DNA of 64,000 bases. Source: Massalongia carnosa (lineage: Eukaryota). Shown piece after piece: positions 35,085 through 49,809 of this stretch; position 1 is the stretch's first letter; the number at the start of each line of letters is the position of its first letter. The position numbers were made by a program, and so were the translations under genes. The DNA lies in NCBI GenBank assembly GCA_965645245.1, contig OZ287077.1, positions 1,612,001 through 1,676,000 of the forward strand, read 5' to 3'. The notes beneath the pieces were generated by a model. That model was given only the letters and a program-made list of their open reading frames with translations. It did not search any database and was not told the DNA's origin.

Positions 35085-38000
35085 TAAAAACTCTTGTTTT
35101 TTATTCCTGTATTTATTCCCGTGCTCAGGAAACCGGGATAGGGGGGCAAGATAACCAAATAATGCGATCAATCCTGATGATACTCTGTATTAACATACCT
35201 ACTACGATTTTGTATTTGGGATAATCGATGGCAAAGCACTATGTTCTATTTTGTACAGAGTACCGAGTTCTAGGATTGGCTTCGTCTAATCCTCAATCCC
35301 AGCCTCCAGAGTAGTTTGTACGAGAGATCCAAATGCGCCCCCAAGCAGTTTGAACAAAAGAAAAAAAAGCCTAGCAGTATAAATCAGTGATGAGCAATTG
35401 GTAACAATTAATTCTTCTTTCATTCGCCCTCTCAATCATCATGATCAATGAACCTACGCCCCACCTCGTTGATCCCTCCAATGAGTCTCGTCGCATGTCT
35501 GCAAACTCCTTAGCTCCGGTCTTACCACACCTGGTACTCGCTGCACAGTGCTCGGCTTCAGCTTCCTTCCATCAGTACTCTGTACAGAGTACCCCGGCCG
35601 CAATGGCCTTCTGTCGCACCCAGCACTCATGGATATCGTAGAGAAGCTGCTCGTATACTCTGTAGTCCGCAATCCTCGCCCATGATCCAACTGCATTTGA
35701 AGCTTACCGGTAGTTGGGAGTATGAACTTAAAACTAGCACAACTACCAACTAGATCCTAATTACCCCTTAGGGTTATGAACCAAGTCAGCACATGGATAC
35801 ACCCTTCCAAAGATCGCATGAATCGGCCTTGTCAAAGCGTCCAGGATTCCATATCCAGATCGTCATTGGCATGCAGCAAATAACAGAATCACGGAGAAAT
35901 GCATTGGTAGACTTTCCTGTTCAGGTTGCATACATTAACGTCACTCGCTCTGACTCCATCAGTCGTCGCATTGATGGCAGCTCTGCAGCCAGTCACCCGT
36001 TGGACCAAATCCAATGAATTGTGATCCAGTGATTGAGGAGCAAAAGGAGGCTTATGCAGGATCTTCATCCTACATCCAGTACTTTAATCGCGTACAAGAG
36101 ACGGTGATATGGATGATAACTCTAATGTCACTACGCTGTCATCCACAAAGAAATGCAGGACAGCACTGGATCCCGGATTATGGAAACGCTTCAACATGGC
36201 GATCATCTGCAGCTAAGTCGCCTGTTGGTCCTATTTGATCCAAGCGAGGGATCATCACTGCAGATCAACGGCCCAAGCCTGAAGGTTCTCGTCATTCTCA
36301 CGAAGCACTTACTCCGTTTAGTAGATGAACCCAGACAGCCTAGGCTGAATAGAGAAGAAACCTGCATGATGCAAAAACTTCAGGGTTCGCTTTTCAATAA
36401 CATTGGGCTTTGTCTAGCCCTCCTCGAAATGCCCCGGAAAATGTCCTCCTGCGACTTCGCATTGTCATAAACTTTCTATTAATATTCTGCACCCAAGGGA
36501 TCATTTCAACGAACAAAGGCTGATGGTTCACGAACGAACCCTGAGCAAGAGATCGACACGGCAAGCGGGATTTGCCACGCTGGCGCAGGTGCGATCTAGG
36601 ATTAAGCAGCATGGGATTCGCACAAGCGTGGTGAAACAGAATCACGGGAATCTCCTATTTTGAGTTTGAGGTCGGATCCAGATCGCCTTGTAGAATCTTC
36701 GCAAGACAACATTTACGTGATTAGGCATTCTTTGCCTTAATGATTATGTCTCAGAAACTTCGATAGAAAAACGTTGTGGAACATGAATACGACGAAAGAT
36801 GTTTGCTTTAGGAAGTCGGATTACCTAAGACCGGGCGATTTTCCGCGAACGATGCGGTGACACAATGGAAAAATATGACACGTATAAAAGATACCTTGGG
36901 ATTCTTAGTCTGCAGCTATCTTTATAGAGCGCACCTTCTGTGTACCAGGCCCCGGATCATACTCCACTTCTCCACCCGCATGCCATAATATACGAAGCAC
37001 ATCAAAGGGTTTCATGCATGAACACGTGGAAATCCCAAAAGGTTTGTTTATCCCCGAAGTCAACACCCATACTCTTCAAAACAATTGTGCCCTCGTCAAG
37101 TGATAGGTAATTTCGATCCGCAGGTTCCCAAGAATTCTGGAACAACCCAGTCAAATGAAATCCGCGTTTTGGTGCTTTGATGCCTAACATTTATATCATT
37201 GGCTCTGACCGGATCTCGCTTCGATCGGGATCATGCACTGTTCTCAGTTAGGATTTATCCTGCGAATCCCTTTATTCGTCAACTTCGAGTCTTCCAGCGT
37301 GTTACACAGAAGATGATACCTCTTTACGTATAAGACGTTGCGGCTGCACGCCATCTCTTTAGATCGGTACTCTGTACTCTGTAGAGCTGTTCAGATTAAC
37401 TAGCCGAGAGTACATGCTCGCAGTTTTCCCTGACACCCTTTCGTCACAACGCTCCACACCTTCGGAAATGAGCAATTGAAACTTGATTCCAGATTTGGAC
37501 ATATATGCTTAGGTTGAGTGCCAACGCAATCAAAACGGGCCGAATCACATCAAGAACCGTTAGACCTTTGACTGAAATCGGGTCACGCCTCGTTGGGGGG
37601 CATTGCCTTGGTGGTTCGAATCAACTGAGATTCTATAACATATATTTTTTTACATCTTTGTCATCAGAGTTGAAGGTTTCGGCTTTTTGCCATGTCTTGG
37701 AAGCTTGCCCAGCTTGCCCGGCTTGCTTTTGAACTGCCTGTGGGTCCTGTAAAATGTCAGCTGCAGGAACTAGGCTCAACTCCTACAGGTCTAATTTCGA
37801 GAGTCCGTTGTCCTCGTTGCTTACCTTTGGTATACGGTAGGCTTTGCAGGTCCACGGTCCAGGAATGGCTAATCGTATCCTCAATTGATTGCTGCTCGGA
37901 ATAAAGTTGATTTCGGATGATAGCTATTCTGAACTAATCGTTATGATCTACCACTCCAAGGGGTTTTGCTCGGTAATTCTCATTGTGGATCCCCACATCT

Positions 38001-41000
38001 CAGCTTTTGCAAAGTCGCCATGCAGGCCGTATAGTTGTTGGGTTTGCTCTTCTAGCTAGCATCCCTCCTCACCATCATGGGCTGATTAGGCCTTTACCAC
38101 AAAGAACTCTCCAAGATTGGCGGAATCGCGTGATCCTCGCTGCTGTCTGGGAACGTCCCTTGCCCTGATATTGCTAACGATGCATCTAGGTAAGGTTTGA
38201 AGGGTTTCAAGAAAACTTACCGGAACTTGGTTGTCGGTGATTCTTCGTTCTGACTTCCGAGAGCTCACAGTCATACATTGTTTGAAGTAGTCGTCTCCCC
38301 GAATCCGTCTGTGCGGTGTGGTCTTAGATGCACCAGGCTTCATAGGTTCAGCGTTGAGCCTGATGTTGCCCTTACTGATGCCTTAGATTTTTCTGTTTGT
38401 GAGCCACGCAAGCTCTAGGAGTGGTAAAGATGCATCTTGCAGAAGTCGAATCGCCGGTCGTTATACAAAGATCCTAGCAATTGAATTCCCCCAAGATCAG
38501 GTGCTCGCTGGATGTTTTCAAAATAGGCCTGAGCGTGCACTCGTTTACTAAACTATGCAATCCTTCTCAGACGTGCACTCTTGGCCCCAACCGTAAGCAG
38601 CATGAGAAGCATATCTGGCGGGTAAAACCAAACTCTGCCCTTCCGTAGTACGACTTTTCTCCCAGTCTAACACCCTCACGCCACTTCAGAGTTTCAGCGC
38701 ATTGAAAAAGCCGATGGACTTTCCTTCAAGTCCAAGCTCCAAACAAGCCAAACACCCGGTACGGCATTTATTAAAGTTTGGTGGAACTACAGAACGCACG
38801 CTTTGACCATACCAATGCCCGGCACCAATAGGCCTTGAGCGGCACGCCAACCTGCATCCAGGCGAGCGGGCCAAGCACCCAAATGATCGATCAAGCAACA
38901 ACCCTATCAAAGGAGGGTAGGTACAGAGCACTCCGTACTAACCCTTAAACAGAAATGGATTGCCTACGTCAAGCTTGAAGGTGTTATGGTTGACCTACTG
39001 TTCCCCACCCTTTGCCAACACACACATGACCACCATCAGAATGGGGAAGTGGCAGAGCTGGCAGCGCTCAAGCCCTTTCCCTTTTCATGGAATATCCGCC
39101 CAAAATTGAGATCGGGACTGGCCCTGAATGCTTATGACCATTTCCCCTTGGTCTATCGCCATTGCATGGGAAAAATCTTCGCATCCACCCCTACAAGGCG
39201 GATCGATGGTCAAGGCAAGCGTGTTATAGGGTGTTGGTAAATCAACGCTAACATGACCTTGGGGAACCTAACAAGCTCCACGCCACCATCAGTGGGTTTG
39301 ACCGTCTGGCTTTCCGTCTAGACCTGGAGAAGATCTATTATGACGAAATTGAGATGAACTTAGAGCTACGGCCTGTTCTCTAAGATCTCGCTGGCCGATC
39401 TTCTTTATTTGCAATGCTAGGGCTTACTGTGGTCCTCTCCCCAGTCCTTTGGTTGTCAAAGCCCTGCTATCCTGAACTATTAAGGGGTTTTTGCAGCGGC
39501 TACGATGAATGACTTCTTCGCATGCACACAGAGCACCTCAGGGACCCTCAGTTTCATTTTTGCTTCTTTTTAATACTTTTTGATTAGCTGCGCACAAGAG
39601 ACCATTGCCAAAATAAACATTAACGCTTTCACGATAGTTTCTAACATTATTGCCACATACATCATGATGTTGATATGGCGGATCCATATGACGCCTAGCT
39701 TTTTGTTAATCCCAAGAACAATCCTCTTTGTGCTCTAAATCTTGAGCTATATTTCTCATCTATTACCAAGCCATCCTCAGTATTCGCATGGACTCCAAAA
39801 AAAACACTGATGGCTTGCGTGCACGTCAGTAAAAATGTCAATGTCAGAGGCAGAACTGTGGATCATCAGGGAGATCATACCTGCTAGGGATGGAACATTG
39901 CGGAGGTATCTCAACATCACGGCAGATTAGCTAACTGATCAATACAATAATTCCGAACTGCCGCAATTGGGATAGTACAAAAGCTACAGGCAAGGTACTT
40001 TCCGGAAATTCTTATCAACCTCACATCTAGAGCCATCGAATGAACTCTAAACCGTACCATAGCATGGAAGAACATGAGCGACTAGAGATTTAATGGTTAC
40101 TAGTTTGTCTTGGTCATTTACCTAATCATCCGAATATTTCGTAGGGTTTCTCTATTCTTAACATGAGGCTCAACTTCTCGGTTGAATTTTAGTTATTGTT
40201 TCATTGCTCATTTCGTCTTATTTGTTTTATTATTTTAAAAATTGCCTTTATATTACAGTAGTAGCTGTCAGTCAACTCGCTCACTGTATACAGTTCTGAT
40301 TCTAGAATATTTGCATCACGAGCATATGTTCCCCCAACCTATTGGTTGAACTGTGGGCAACTTGAAACAGTTGGCAAAAATAACAGGTGGATATAACATC
40401 TGCGGAGGGCAAGAACTTGTCGAATTCGATTACTCCGCTTCTGCCAGGTACCCATAATCATGCACAGCTTTTGCAAATGTCCCAAAGACAGGGAACATTT
40501 ACTACAAATAAACGATTATAGGAGGACCTGCGATCTATACTGCGTTATATGGGACTGTCAGGAAATATTTTTTTGAAAAGGTCCACACCTTAGAATCTGT
40601 TGGTTATATCCTTTTTGCCCGTGTCTGCTGCCAGTTTCCCAGCTAATGGCTTCGGATAAGGGCACAACTACATCCTGCCCCAAAAAAAAAATTCGAGCAG
40701 ATTCCCAACTTCATCCCTGCCATTGACCATTCGATTCAGTCAGGAGGAAGACTCCAATAAGATACACCCGTTCACTCAAACATCCTTCCATCTACCAGAG
40801 TTGCTCAATAGCCAATACTAGAGAGAAACTCAAACACCTCCTTAGTCCAAATGTTATCATTAGCACCCTCGTTAACCTCGATCTCAACCTTAACCCTTCC
40901 CTCTTCTCGTGAACCTGGCAAGATGAGCGAGAAACAGAATTTGCTCTCGAGCTAATCCGTACTCCCCCTCTTTCACCACAAGTATTACTGTCTCACAACC

Positions 41001-43187
41001 CCATGCCCAAAATAGCCTGGAAAGAGCATATTCTTCTCTTACAGATCTTGAGGCTCGAATCCGAAACCTATATTCCAGCCAATGCATTTTGATTTTTTAT
41101 CCCTTTTCTTAGTTTTAATAGAACGGGAAAGAATGTATATGTCTGCTTCTTTTATCTAATAGGATTCTTACCGCAGGGAGTGAGTGCGTTAGCAACTTCC
41201 TTTTCTAATATGTATTTCTACGAACGACACTCCAAATAGTGATTCTCACCTCTCCTCGCCCCTCCCCTCACTAATACCCTACACTTCCTCGCCTCCTCCT
41301 CTAGAGAAAATGCCCATGATCTAGAACTAAGGGACTAGGAAGGAGAAAGAAGCAAGAGCACGGAAGCTTGCTTGTTCAAACCTGCGGACTACATATAGGG
41401 ATATAAAAATACTCTCAACACGCCTATAGAAACCCTCATAATTTCTCCATTACCCTCACCGTCGATTCACCCACTCACCAAATTCTCTATCCCAGCAGCA
41501 GGGCAAGAAGTGATGTGTTTATAAACGGAAGGATGGGACGAGGGGCAAGTGCTGCGGAAAATGTGTGACTTGCAAAGGAAACGCAAACTTCCGTTCCTCC
41601 TCTATTCTAAAAAGAATAATACCCGTTGCCACTCCCCGGTAGTATGCATTGAAGCCGCCGTCTGCAATATATTTCCTTTCTTTTCTGGGTGGACTTAAGG
41701 AAACCGGGGGGGGGGGGGACAATTAGCTAGATAATCTACTCGTTCCATCTACCCCAATGTTCACGCGCATGAACAATGTGCAAGCTCGCATCTCCTGTTT
41801 TTTCCGGTTATGTTGTCTTCTGTTGTTTACTGTCTATCGAGGTAGGTAGCTGCATACTCCTTTTCATTCCCTGTCTGGCCATTGTCTTATTGATTTATGG
41901 AGTCCTTCATATTAGCTTTCGATTTCCCATCCATTCGGCTAGTCAGCTAGCTAGCCTTCCAACTACTCTTATAGTCCCATCCCTCCAAACCTGTATGCTT
42001 TTTTCTTTGTCCAAAGTCAACCGACCGAGCCCTACATAACTCTACACTGACTTATCGGCCAGTCGTGCAGATATCTGAACCAATGGGTGCAGGTAGGTGC
42101 GCTGGGTAGATGTGTGGTGGATGGATTGATTGGTTGGTTGGTGTGGGTTGAGTGGTGGGAAGTGGGTTGGTTTGGCTGGTATTAATTTAGGGTGGATAAG
42201 GGATGGGTATGAGTAAGCTAGCAGCTAAGGCGGAAGGAAGGACTAGACTGGATTCAATTGAGCAGAAATGGCCTGGGCTGGATAGATGGATGGGTTGAAG
42301 GGGAGCGGTTGGGTAGGTAGTTAGGCTGGTAGGGTGGAATGGATCGGGTGGGAAAGGTTCGGAGTGGGGTTGTAGTAGGCGAGATAGATAGTTATGATAG
42401 GATAGAGCAAACCTATAGATAGAGAGATGAATAGATAGACGTACGAGCGTCTCTAACCACTTAGGTATCTACCTACCTGCCTACCTACCTTCCTTCTTTC
42501 TTCTCCCACCAACCTCCCGCCTACATCCCTGCTCATCTACCTTCCTACCTCCCTCCGTAACCCCCCTCTTAATCAACTTCAAAACCTTCACACATATACA
42601 TAGATAGTTATAGATGTAAAAATTTCCGAGAAACCAAGTCAACGAATTCATCGAAACTTAAGCTTCTTCTTTTCTTCCTCCTCTTCTTCCTCCTCCGCCC
42701 CATCCTGTCAATTTTTTTGAGAATCAAAATTGAATAAACATACACATGCTTTAATTCTATTTTTTCGTCTCAGTTCTTTTTTACTTCCCGAAACAATTAA
42801 CGAAAAGCAAGGGGAAAAGCGTGATGGAGGGAAAAGAGGAATAAGAAAAATATAAAATTTTCAATAAGGAAATAGGAAGCTAGGTAGATAGAAGATGAAA
42901 GAAGAGTAGAGAAGAGAAAAGAAAGAAAAAGGATGAAGGTGGGAAGAAAAGGGGAATAAAGAATCATTATCGCCACCAGTCAAGCACCACGTGTCTCTCC
43001 ATTACCTTTGTCTATCGATCTACTCCCAATTGTTCAATCCTACCTATCCTATCCATCTAATCCTCCCTTCCTTTCCTAAACGGCTCCGGCTCATTGTGTC
43101 ATTTCCCATTAGATAGAGGAACACGGATGAGATTGATATCATGATATGATATGTTAAGATTTTTATGCGGTGGTTGGTTGCGTTATG

Positions 43188-46100
43188 TGATGATGATGAT
43201 TATTCTTATTCCGATGTGGTACCGGCCGAAGGCCGGCCCATGCGGGCGAGTCTATCTAGTTTTAATAGTACATGAAAACTTTTTGAGGAAGAAAAACCAT
43301 GCAATCCTGTGTCCGGCCGAGGACCCTCCAGTTCCCAGCCGTGTGCTCCATGAAAAAACCTTTGACCTAAGACAAGTATGAAAAATGAAAAAAAGCATGC
43401 CTACTGTTAGCAGTATAGATGCTATGCTGTCAGCGAAAATTGTGACAACAAACCTGTCTTCATTAGCCACTTTGTGACTAATTTCATTGCTTTAGATGAC
43501 TCAGTGATTAATCGATAGTTGTTTGTGCCTATCGTATTTAGCAGAGTTTTTCTGTTGTCGTTGAGTTTGCAAAACATGATCACATGTTTTGCAGTCTGTT
43601 TGTGCCAGCCGTATGAGCAGTTCGGGGACGAGACGTCTGGGACTCGGTGTCTATGTAGGAAGGCGGCTAGGCCTATCTTTTCTGAGCGTATCTGAATGGC
43701 TAGCGCGCTCTCCGCTTTGGCTAGAGTTTCGTGCAATTTGATGCGTTTTTTGGAGAGTGAACCTGATTGTGCCGGGGTGGGAACGGGTGTGCGTTCCTGA
43801 TATGATCTCCACGAGGCCTGCCATGCAACTGTGTGTCGTTTTTTTGATTTGAGCAGTTATTTTGTTATGAGCGGCGCGTGCCTCCCCTATTTCTCGGGCG
43901 AGATTCGGGGGGGATTCGGCCCATGGTGGATTTGGTGTCGGTGTTGGAGGGTTATGTGCCTCCGATGTGATTCTCTTGGCCCAGGCGTATTTCAGCATTC
44001 CTGGAGTGATGACTGGGGCCCTCTTGCGTCCTGCCCGACCTCGAAGTTTATTGGCTATTTTGTTGCATGCATTTGTAATGAAACTCTTTTGGCCATTTCG
44101 ACACAGGCGTTGTCTGGTCTGGGCCTGTAGTTGATCTAAATGTATGTCAATTGAGGTATAAATGTCTCTGCTTCTAGTACAGCTATGGGCGTTGCTTTGA
44201 AGGCTCCGGCTATGTTTCTTAGACATTTGTTTTGTATGACAGCCAGTTTGTTTGAGATGACGTTTGATTTTTGAATTTCTTTTGGCATGTGCCAAATGGT
44301 GGAGCCGTACGTCATGGCCGGCCGGACTATGGCGGTGTAAACCTGGCGTGCCTTTAGAAGAGTGGCGCCCCACGTGGAGGTGGATATTTTTGTCAATGCC
44401 CTGGATTGTTTTGTCATTTTTTCCTGGATTTTCCTTGTGTGAGCACCCCATTTCAATTTTGAATCGATTTAAAGTCCTAGAATTCTGATGTCTGTCTTTG
44501 GTTTTATGATGTTATTTCCTATTTGAATAACAGTGAACATGTTGCATTTCTTCGGATTTCTTGACAGATGTATCAATTCGTATTTCTTCGAAGCGAAGAC
44601 TGAACCATGTCGACTTGCCCATTTTTCACATTTTTTGTGAATTACCTCTAGCGTCTTGTAATTTTCTTCGGTGCTTTTTCCGTATGCTAGCACATTGATG
44701 TCATCTACGAAGCCTAGAGCACTCGTGTTGCTGCCTGGTCTTTCACATATGTCTAGTAGGTCTGCATTGTAGAACAGATAAAGAATAGGAGAAATGGGGG
44801 AGCCTTGTGGGATTCCGGTTTTTACATCGAATATGCCCGTGCCTCGGCTGTGAATCGCCAGGGTAGTGGTTCTTTCATTCAAAAAACTGTTCACCCAGTC
44901 AGTGATCCATTTTGGGATTTTCCTTTTGCGAAGATTGTGAATCAGTCTTCGATGTGTCACTGTGTCATAGGCTCCTGCTACGTCCATGCTCAATAATGTG
45001 GCTACTTTGTCTGTGCCTTGGCCCCACACTGTATGAATTTGTTCAGTCAACAATTCTAGTGCAGATTCGGTTGATCTTCCTCGTCTGGCGCCCATCTGGG
45101 TGTCGGGCAGGAGTCGGTGGGTTTCCGCTAGATGGGTTATTTTTTGTGACATGATGGATTCCATTACTTTTCCAAGCGTGTTTAGGAGTGCTATGGGTCG
45201 ATAGGCGTTCGGGGCCGAATAGTCATCCTTGCCTGTTTTCTTGAGCGTGATTGTGTTGGCGGTTTTGAATGCACGAGGATGATATGCTTGTTCTACACAT
45301 GCTTGAAACAGTGGGGTGAGTAATTCGACTAGCTTTTCCGAGCATGCCTTTACAATTCTGTTGGCTATTCCGTCCGGACCCGGGGCCGTATCGGGCTTGA
45401 GTCGGCGTATGGCTTCCATTACCTCTAGTTTGGTTATGATCATTAGACATTGTGGCGGGCTGGGGTAAAATGAACCCTCTATGTCGCTGAGGTCGGCCGG
45501 AGGGGCGGGTGGAAAGAATTTCTGTTTTAGCATGTCCGATTTCTCCTCGAACGTCTCTGCTACTTGGTCGTCTCGAACGAGATTGGGCATTTTGGGAATT
45601 TCTCTTGTCTGGTCAATTTGTCTTTCGCCCATTTAGCTAGTCGCCCGAGACCAGTAGGCGATTCGGTGGCTTTTTCTATTTCCTTGCGGAACGACAGTCT
45701 TTTAGCCTTTTGAATGATTTTTTATTTTCTATGATTAGATTTTATGTATGTTATCCAATCAGAAATATCTCTAGAATTAGACCAGACACGTCTGAGCCTA
45801 CGAGTTTCTTTCGTGATCACACTGCATTCATCATTCCAAAAAGGTTTGGCGTACTTACTGGGTCTAGCCCAAGGTACAGAGGTTTCTATCACTTCTTGAA
45901 GAAATTTTTGAATTGACACGGTGTAAGCATCGATTTCGGCGGGGGATCGGGGGGTCTTCGGGGGGGGCGCCCTCTTTTCCGCTTCTCTCAGTTTTCTCAT
46001 GTTCGTCAGTTTCCAGGCCCTGCGTTCTCTGATTGTTTGAACCTCACTGTTCAGCGCAATTCGGGTGGAGATCGGAATGTGATCGGACGACTGATTGAGT

Positions 46101-48251
46101 TCCGGTCTTGACATGCAATGTTCTAGTCTATCCGTTAATTCTTCTGACATGAATATAAGATCGATTGTGCTAGACGATTGTCTAGCCTCCCATGTAATGG
46201 TGCCTTTTGGAAGTGTTAGTGATAGATTTGCCTCTTCAATTATGTTCAGTAATTGTTCCGACTCCGCATGTTGAGTAGGCCTCGACGAATGATTCCACAA
46301 TGGATGATGTAGGTTGAAGTCGCCCAGTAAAATTTGTTTTGTCTCTGCAATTAATTGGCGTTTTACTGTTGCTAGCGTGGACGGACTGTCTATAGAAGAA
46401 TAGGAAATGGGAGAGGGATTATACAATTGTGGATGTGGATCACGTCTGATGTGTTTCCAATTTTCATTCGAATTTTTAGGGTGCACATGTCGGCCGACGG
46501 AAACTCTACTTCCCAGCTATCAGGGTCAATAGTATCATTTATGTAGAAACACACTCTGGTGTCTCCATTTAGGCGATATAATAAATGAAACCCACTTTGA
46601 TGAGAGCTTAACGTGGTAGGAATAGATGGATTGCGCCAGGGTTCCTGAATTGCGATAATGTCATAGTCTTGAGTGTTCGGATCGGCTAAGAGGGGTAGCA
46701 TTGTACTCACTCGTCATTTCTGACATTGTACTGCAATATGGAGAGATATTTCGTGTCCCTCATAGGATGTCCATTGATTCGGCCTGGGAGGTCGAGGGGT
46801 CGTTGGTGGTGTTGTTTGCTCTGATTATCGCCGGGGCAGTAGATACAGCTCGGGGTCTGAGTGGGGGTCTACCTACAACTGGTTTTGCAAGGGCCTTTAT
46901 CATGTTTTCTGGATTCATGATGCCCGTGTCAGCCCAGGATGTTCCCGTTCGTGGGGGATTCGGGGGGGTATTGGAGGGGGGTGCGGTTTTCCTCTTTTTG
47001 CTGTTTGTGCTGCCAAGGACCGGGTTGATGTTTTCGCTCTGGAACCTGAACGGGGCCGGTACGGGGGCGACTACTGGGTAGAATGGGACCCGTTTTTGCA
47101 TGGCCCTCTCTGCTTTGCGTTTTTCGACTTTCCTGATTTCGCAGGATGTTGACCAGGCTTCGTGTCCCTTTTCACTGCATGCAGCACATCTTCGATATCT
47201 ACCTGTTGTTTCCATGTTGCATTCGGTGCTAGGGTGAGCCCCAGCACAGTGACCGCAGGCGGTGGGGTTGGGATATGATCGACCTATATGACCATATTTG
47301 TGACAATTAAAACATTGCGTCATGGTGCATCCCTTTGTGAATCTTTCATAGTCTTTGATTTCATAGTCGATTATGAGACCCTCGGCTATAACCCGATTGG
47401 CCGTTGCGGCGGTGGCGACTTCCATATGTAGCGTGGAGAACGCCTTCTCTTCCCTTATAGCCCTGGTGGACCAGGCTATCTGCAGGTCCGGGTGCAGGCG
47501 TGCGTTAGCGGTCTGCAGGTACCCTATGGCCTGCGATTGGTTGGCGGTTTTGATGTGTTCCATCTTGACACCATTTACTCTTGACCGAGTATGTCCGTGT
47601 CTTAATCGCCGCTGAGTCGGCTATTTTTCGGGTCCATTCCGGCTTTTCTTGTAGAGTCTTTTTGACTTCTAGTGATTCAGTGTGAATTTTGAGATCTCCG
47701 CTGATGAGTCGCGATACTCCCCGAATCCCCTCCGTTTCTGCTTGTAGTGTCTCCACGAGATCTTTTGTGGGCATGTTCTTTATTTTTTCCTTGTCGCTTG
47801 CGCTGGAAATGACTACGGTCATTGCTCTGGCCTGACGAACTTCTCGTGGTGAGGGTTCGGTTTGTTTTGAAGAAGTGATTGGCTTGGTGCGGCGGGGAAT
47901 CGGGGGGGCCTCGGAGGCTTGACCTCTGGTGGCGGCTGCGGAATAGCTGTTTGTGGTTGTTGTGGCTGTCTTAGCACTTTCGATACGGGCTAGACTTCTT
48001 TGTATTTCAGTCAGGGTGTCGTGAATGGGCTTCGGTATGTTTTCGTTGTCGTTGTCGATGCTTCTCTGATTATCGAGAAAATTTTTCACCTCCTCTAGAA
48101 TCCCTGTTCCCTCCGGCTCCCCTCCGTCTCCTATGCCTATCAGATAGTCATCTATCTTGTACAGCAGTTGATCTCTCTGCTCCGCGTGCGCGATCACGAA
48201 CGTGTTTTCGAGTTGAATGTTCATCGCGTCCACTGCCGAGATTCGCATCAA
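43188..48251 (-). mobile_element. Near full-length Tad1-like LINE, copy 3 (gag + APE-RT), frameshifted
   Basis: ORF1 48251-46760 with CCHC knuckles (CFNCHKYGH, CGHCAGAHPSTEC, CAACSEKGH). ORF2 46763-43422 with AP endonuclease motifs (LQYNV, IAIQEPW, GDFNLHH, TIDLIF, SDHIP), RT motifs (APGPDGI, YRPIALL, DVAGAYD, PQGSPISP, FVDD) and a terminal knuckle. (ATC)n tail at 43188-43200. No TSD found, so the 5' boundary is approximate. Confidence 0.93.
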
Positions 48252-49809
48252 GAATTGTGTCTACTATGCAAATTGTCATCAAAGCTGCTGGGGTAGGTTT
48301 TAAAATTGTTCAATTATGACTAGATCCACACTGCCGTCTTTGGTGTTATACTCGCTGGTTGCGTTTTGTATTTGAAGGAAGGGAAGTACTTGAACCTGTA
48401 TAATATTTTTGATTTGCTTTGGTGTAGTGTGATATTGGTCCAATGGAGAGAAAGGAGGATTTGCGCGATGATGCGGTAGAATTTTATTGTTGATATTGAG
48501 TGGCTTCAAAGCCCGCTTGGTTGATTCCTGTTTGCTCTTTTGCTTATATGTTGTTTTGTGACCTTAGGTCTTTGGCTAGTTACCTTAATGAGGGAAGGAA
48601 TCTTTTTCTGATGGATGTTTGTGGTTGAAAATAGTAGGCATAGTAGAGTAGGGGAAGTTAGATGGTTTACTGCTTTGCTGTTGGGTAATAGGTAGGTAGG
48701 TAGACGAAGCATGCTGTCACAACCGATACTGAAAAACTGACCAATGCTAGCTGTTTTTGTGAGCCAGGGATATTCTTGGCTGATCAATTGGAAAGGCAGA
48801 AGTATATGGGTTACCTTAGGCGGGGGGGGTATAAAGAGGGAAGGAGACGGATGGAGGTGGGAAGGACGAAAGAAGAGGGATGAGGGGAGTGGTAGGAGTA
48901 TTGCTAAGATAAGGACTGCGACAAAGATGTTTGCTTCTTGAACAGTTCTTCTGCAATCTGTGCTTTCATTGTCTTTTCATAATTAGAAACTTTGGGCAGG
49001 GTTATCTAAGTATCACAACTAATGAGAAGGATGAAGAGATTTAAAGGGACACGAATTGTCGAACATTCAGTGAATATCTACCTAGTTTTCTGAACCAGAG
49101 AACCTCGCTGAGCGTCGCTGTTGCTTTCTCTGTCTTGGCCGTTTCCCATTTTTACGAGAGAGTATCTGAGAATCATGCTGTCCGTATTGAGCATCAACTG
49201 CATAGAGTATTCCAATTCATATTGACCGATAATTTTTCATATCTCCTTACCAACAATTTAAGAGGCATTAATAAACCTTATTTTAGGTGAGAGGCTGTGA
49301 GGAAGGAGTTTCATAATTGAGGGAAAGCTCCTAGTTCTCTGAAGGTTTTGGTTGATATTTGAACTGAGAGTTGTTTCATAGAGTTGTTTCATAGAATAAA
49401 GGGATGAACTTGTTGTGGTTGGATAGCTGGACCGAATTTGGGGGAATTGGTGTGAGAGGGATTTTCTGATTGGAGAAAGGGTTGGTGCAAATTTTGGGGG
49501 GAGGAGCTGGAAATAGAATTTAGGAGGGTGAGAGGGAGGCAAGAGAGATCGTGGGGGAGCAAAGAGATGAGGGGGTAGATAGGGAGATGGGGTAAGAGGT
49601 AAGGAGGGAAATAAGCTAAACCAATGACTTAGATTTAAGGCTGTTTATATATGAAAAATATGGCAGCAGTAAGAGTAAGGAGTTGGGGCGAAAGTAGAAA
49701 GATGTACGAACCGGGGAAAGCGCAAACTATGGATCTTTGCGATAAACATAGTACATTTTGCGTGAAGAGCTTGCAAGCTCGTTGGAGAGATGATCTTACG
49801 CAATAGTAT

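Noticed and set aside
35790..37200. Cluster of short ORFs suggesting a decayed gene
   Set aside because: No consistent frame or family motif was visible.
42070..42600. G-rich tract followed by a C-rich tract, suggesting a long inverted repeat
   Set aside because: The symmetry is only compositional (degenerate GGT/AGGT microsatellites), with no alignable arms.
48252..49790. 5' UTR, ribozyme or TSD for LINE copy 3, or linkage of that LINE to the ribozyme element
   Set aside because: No match to the LINE's 3' flank and no HDV fold were found. The ribozyme element has its own TSD and tail, so it is a separate insertion.
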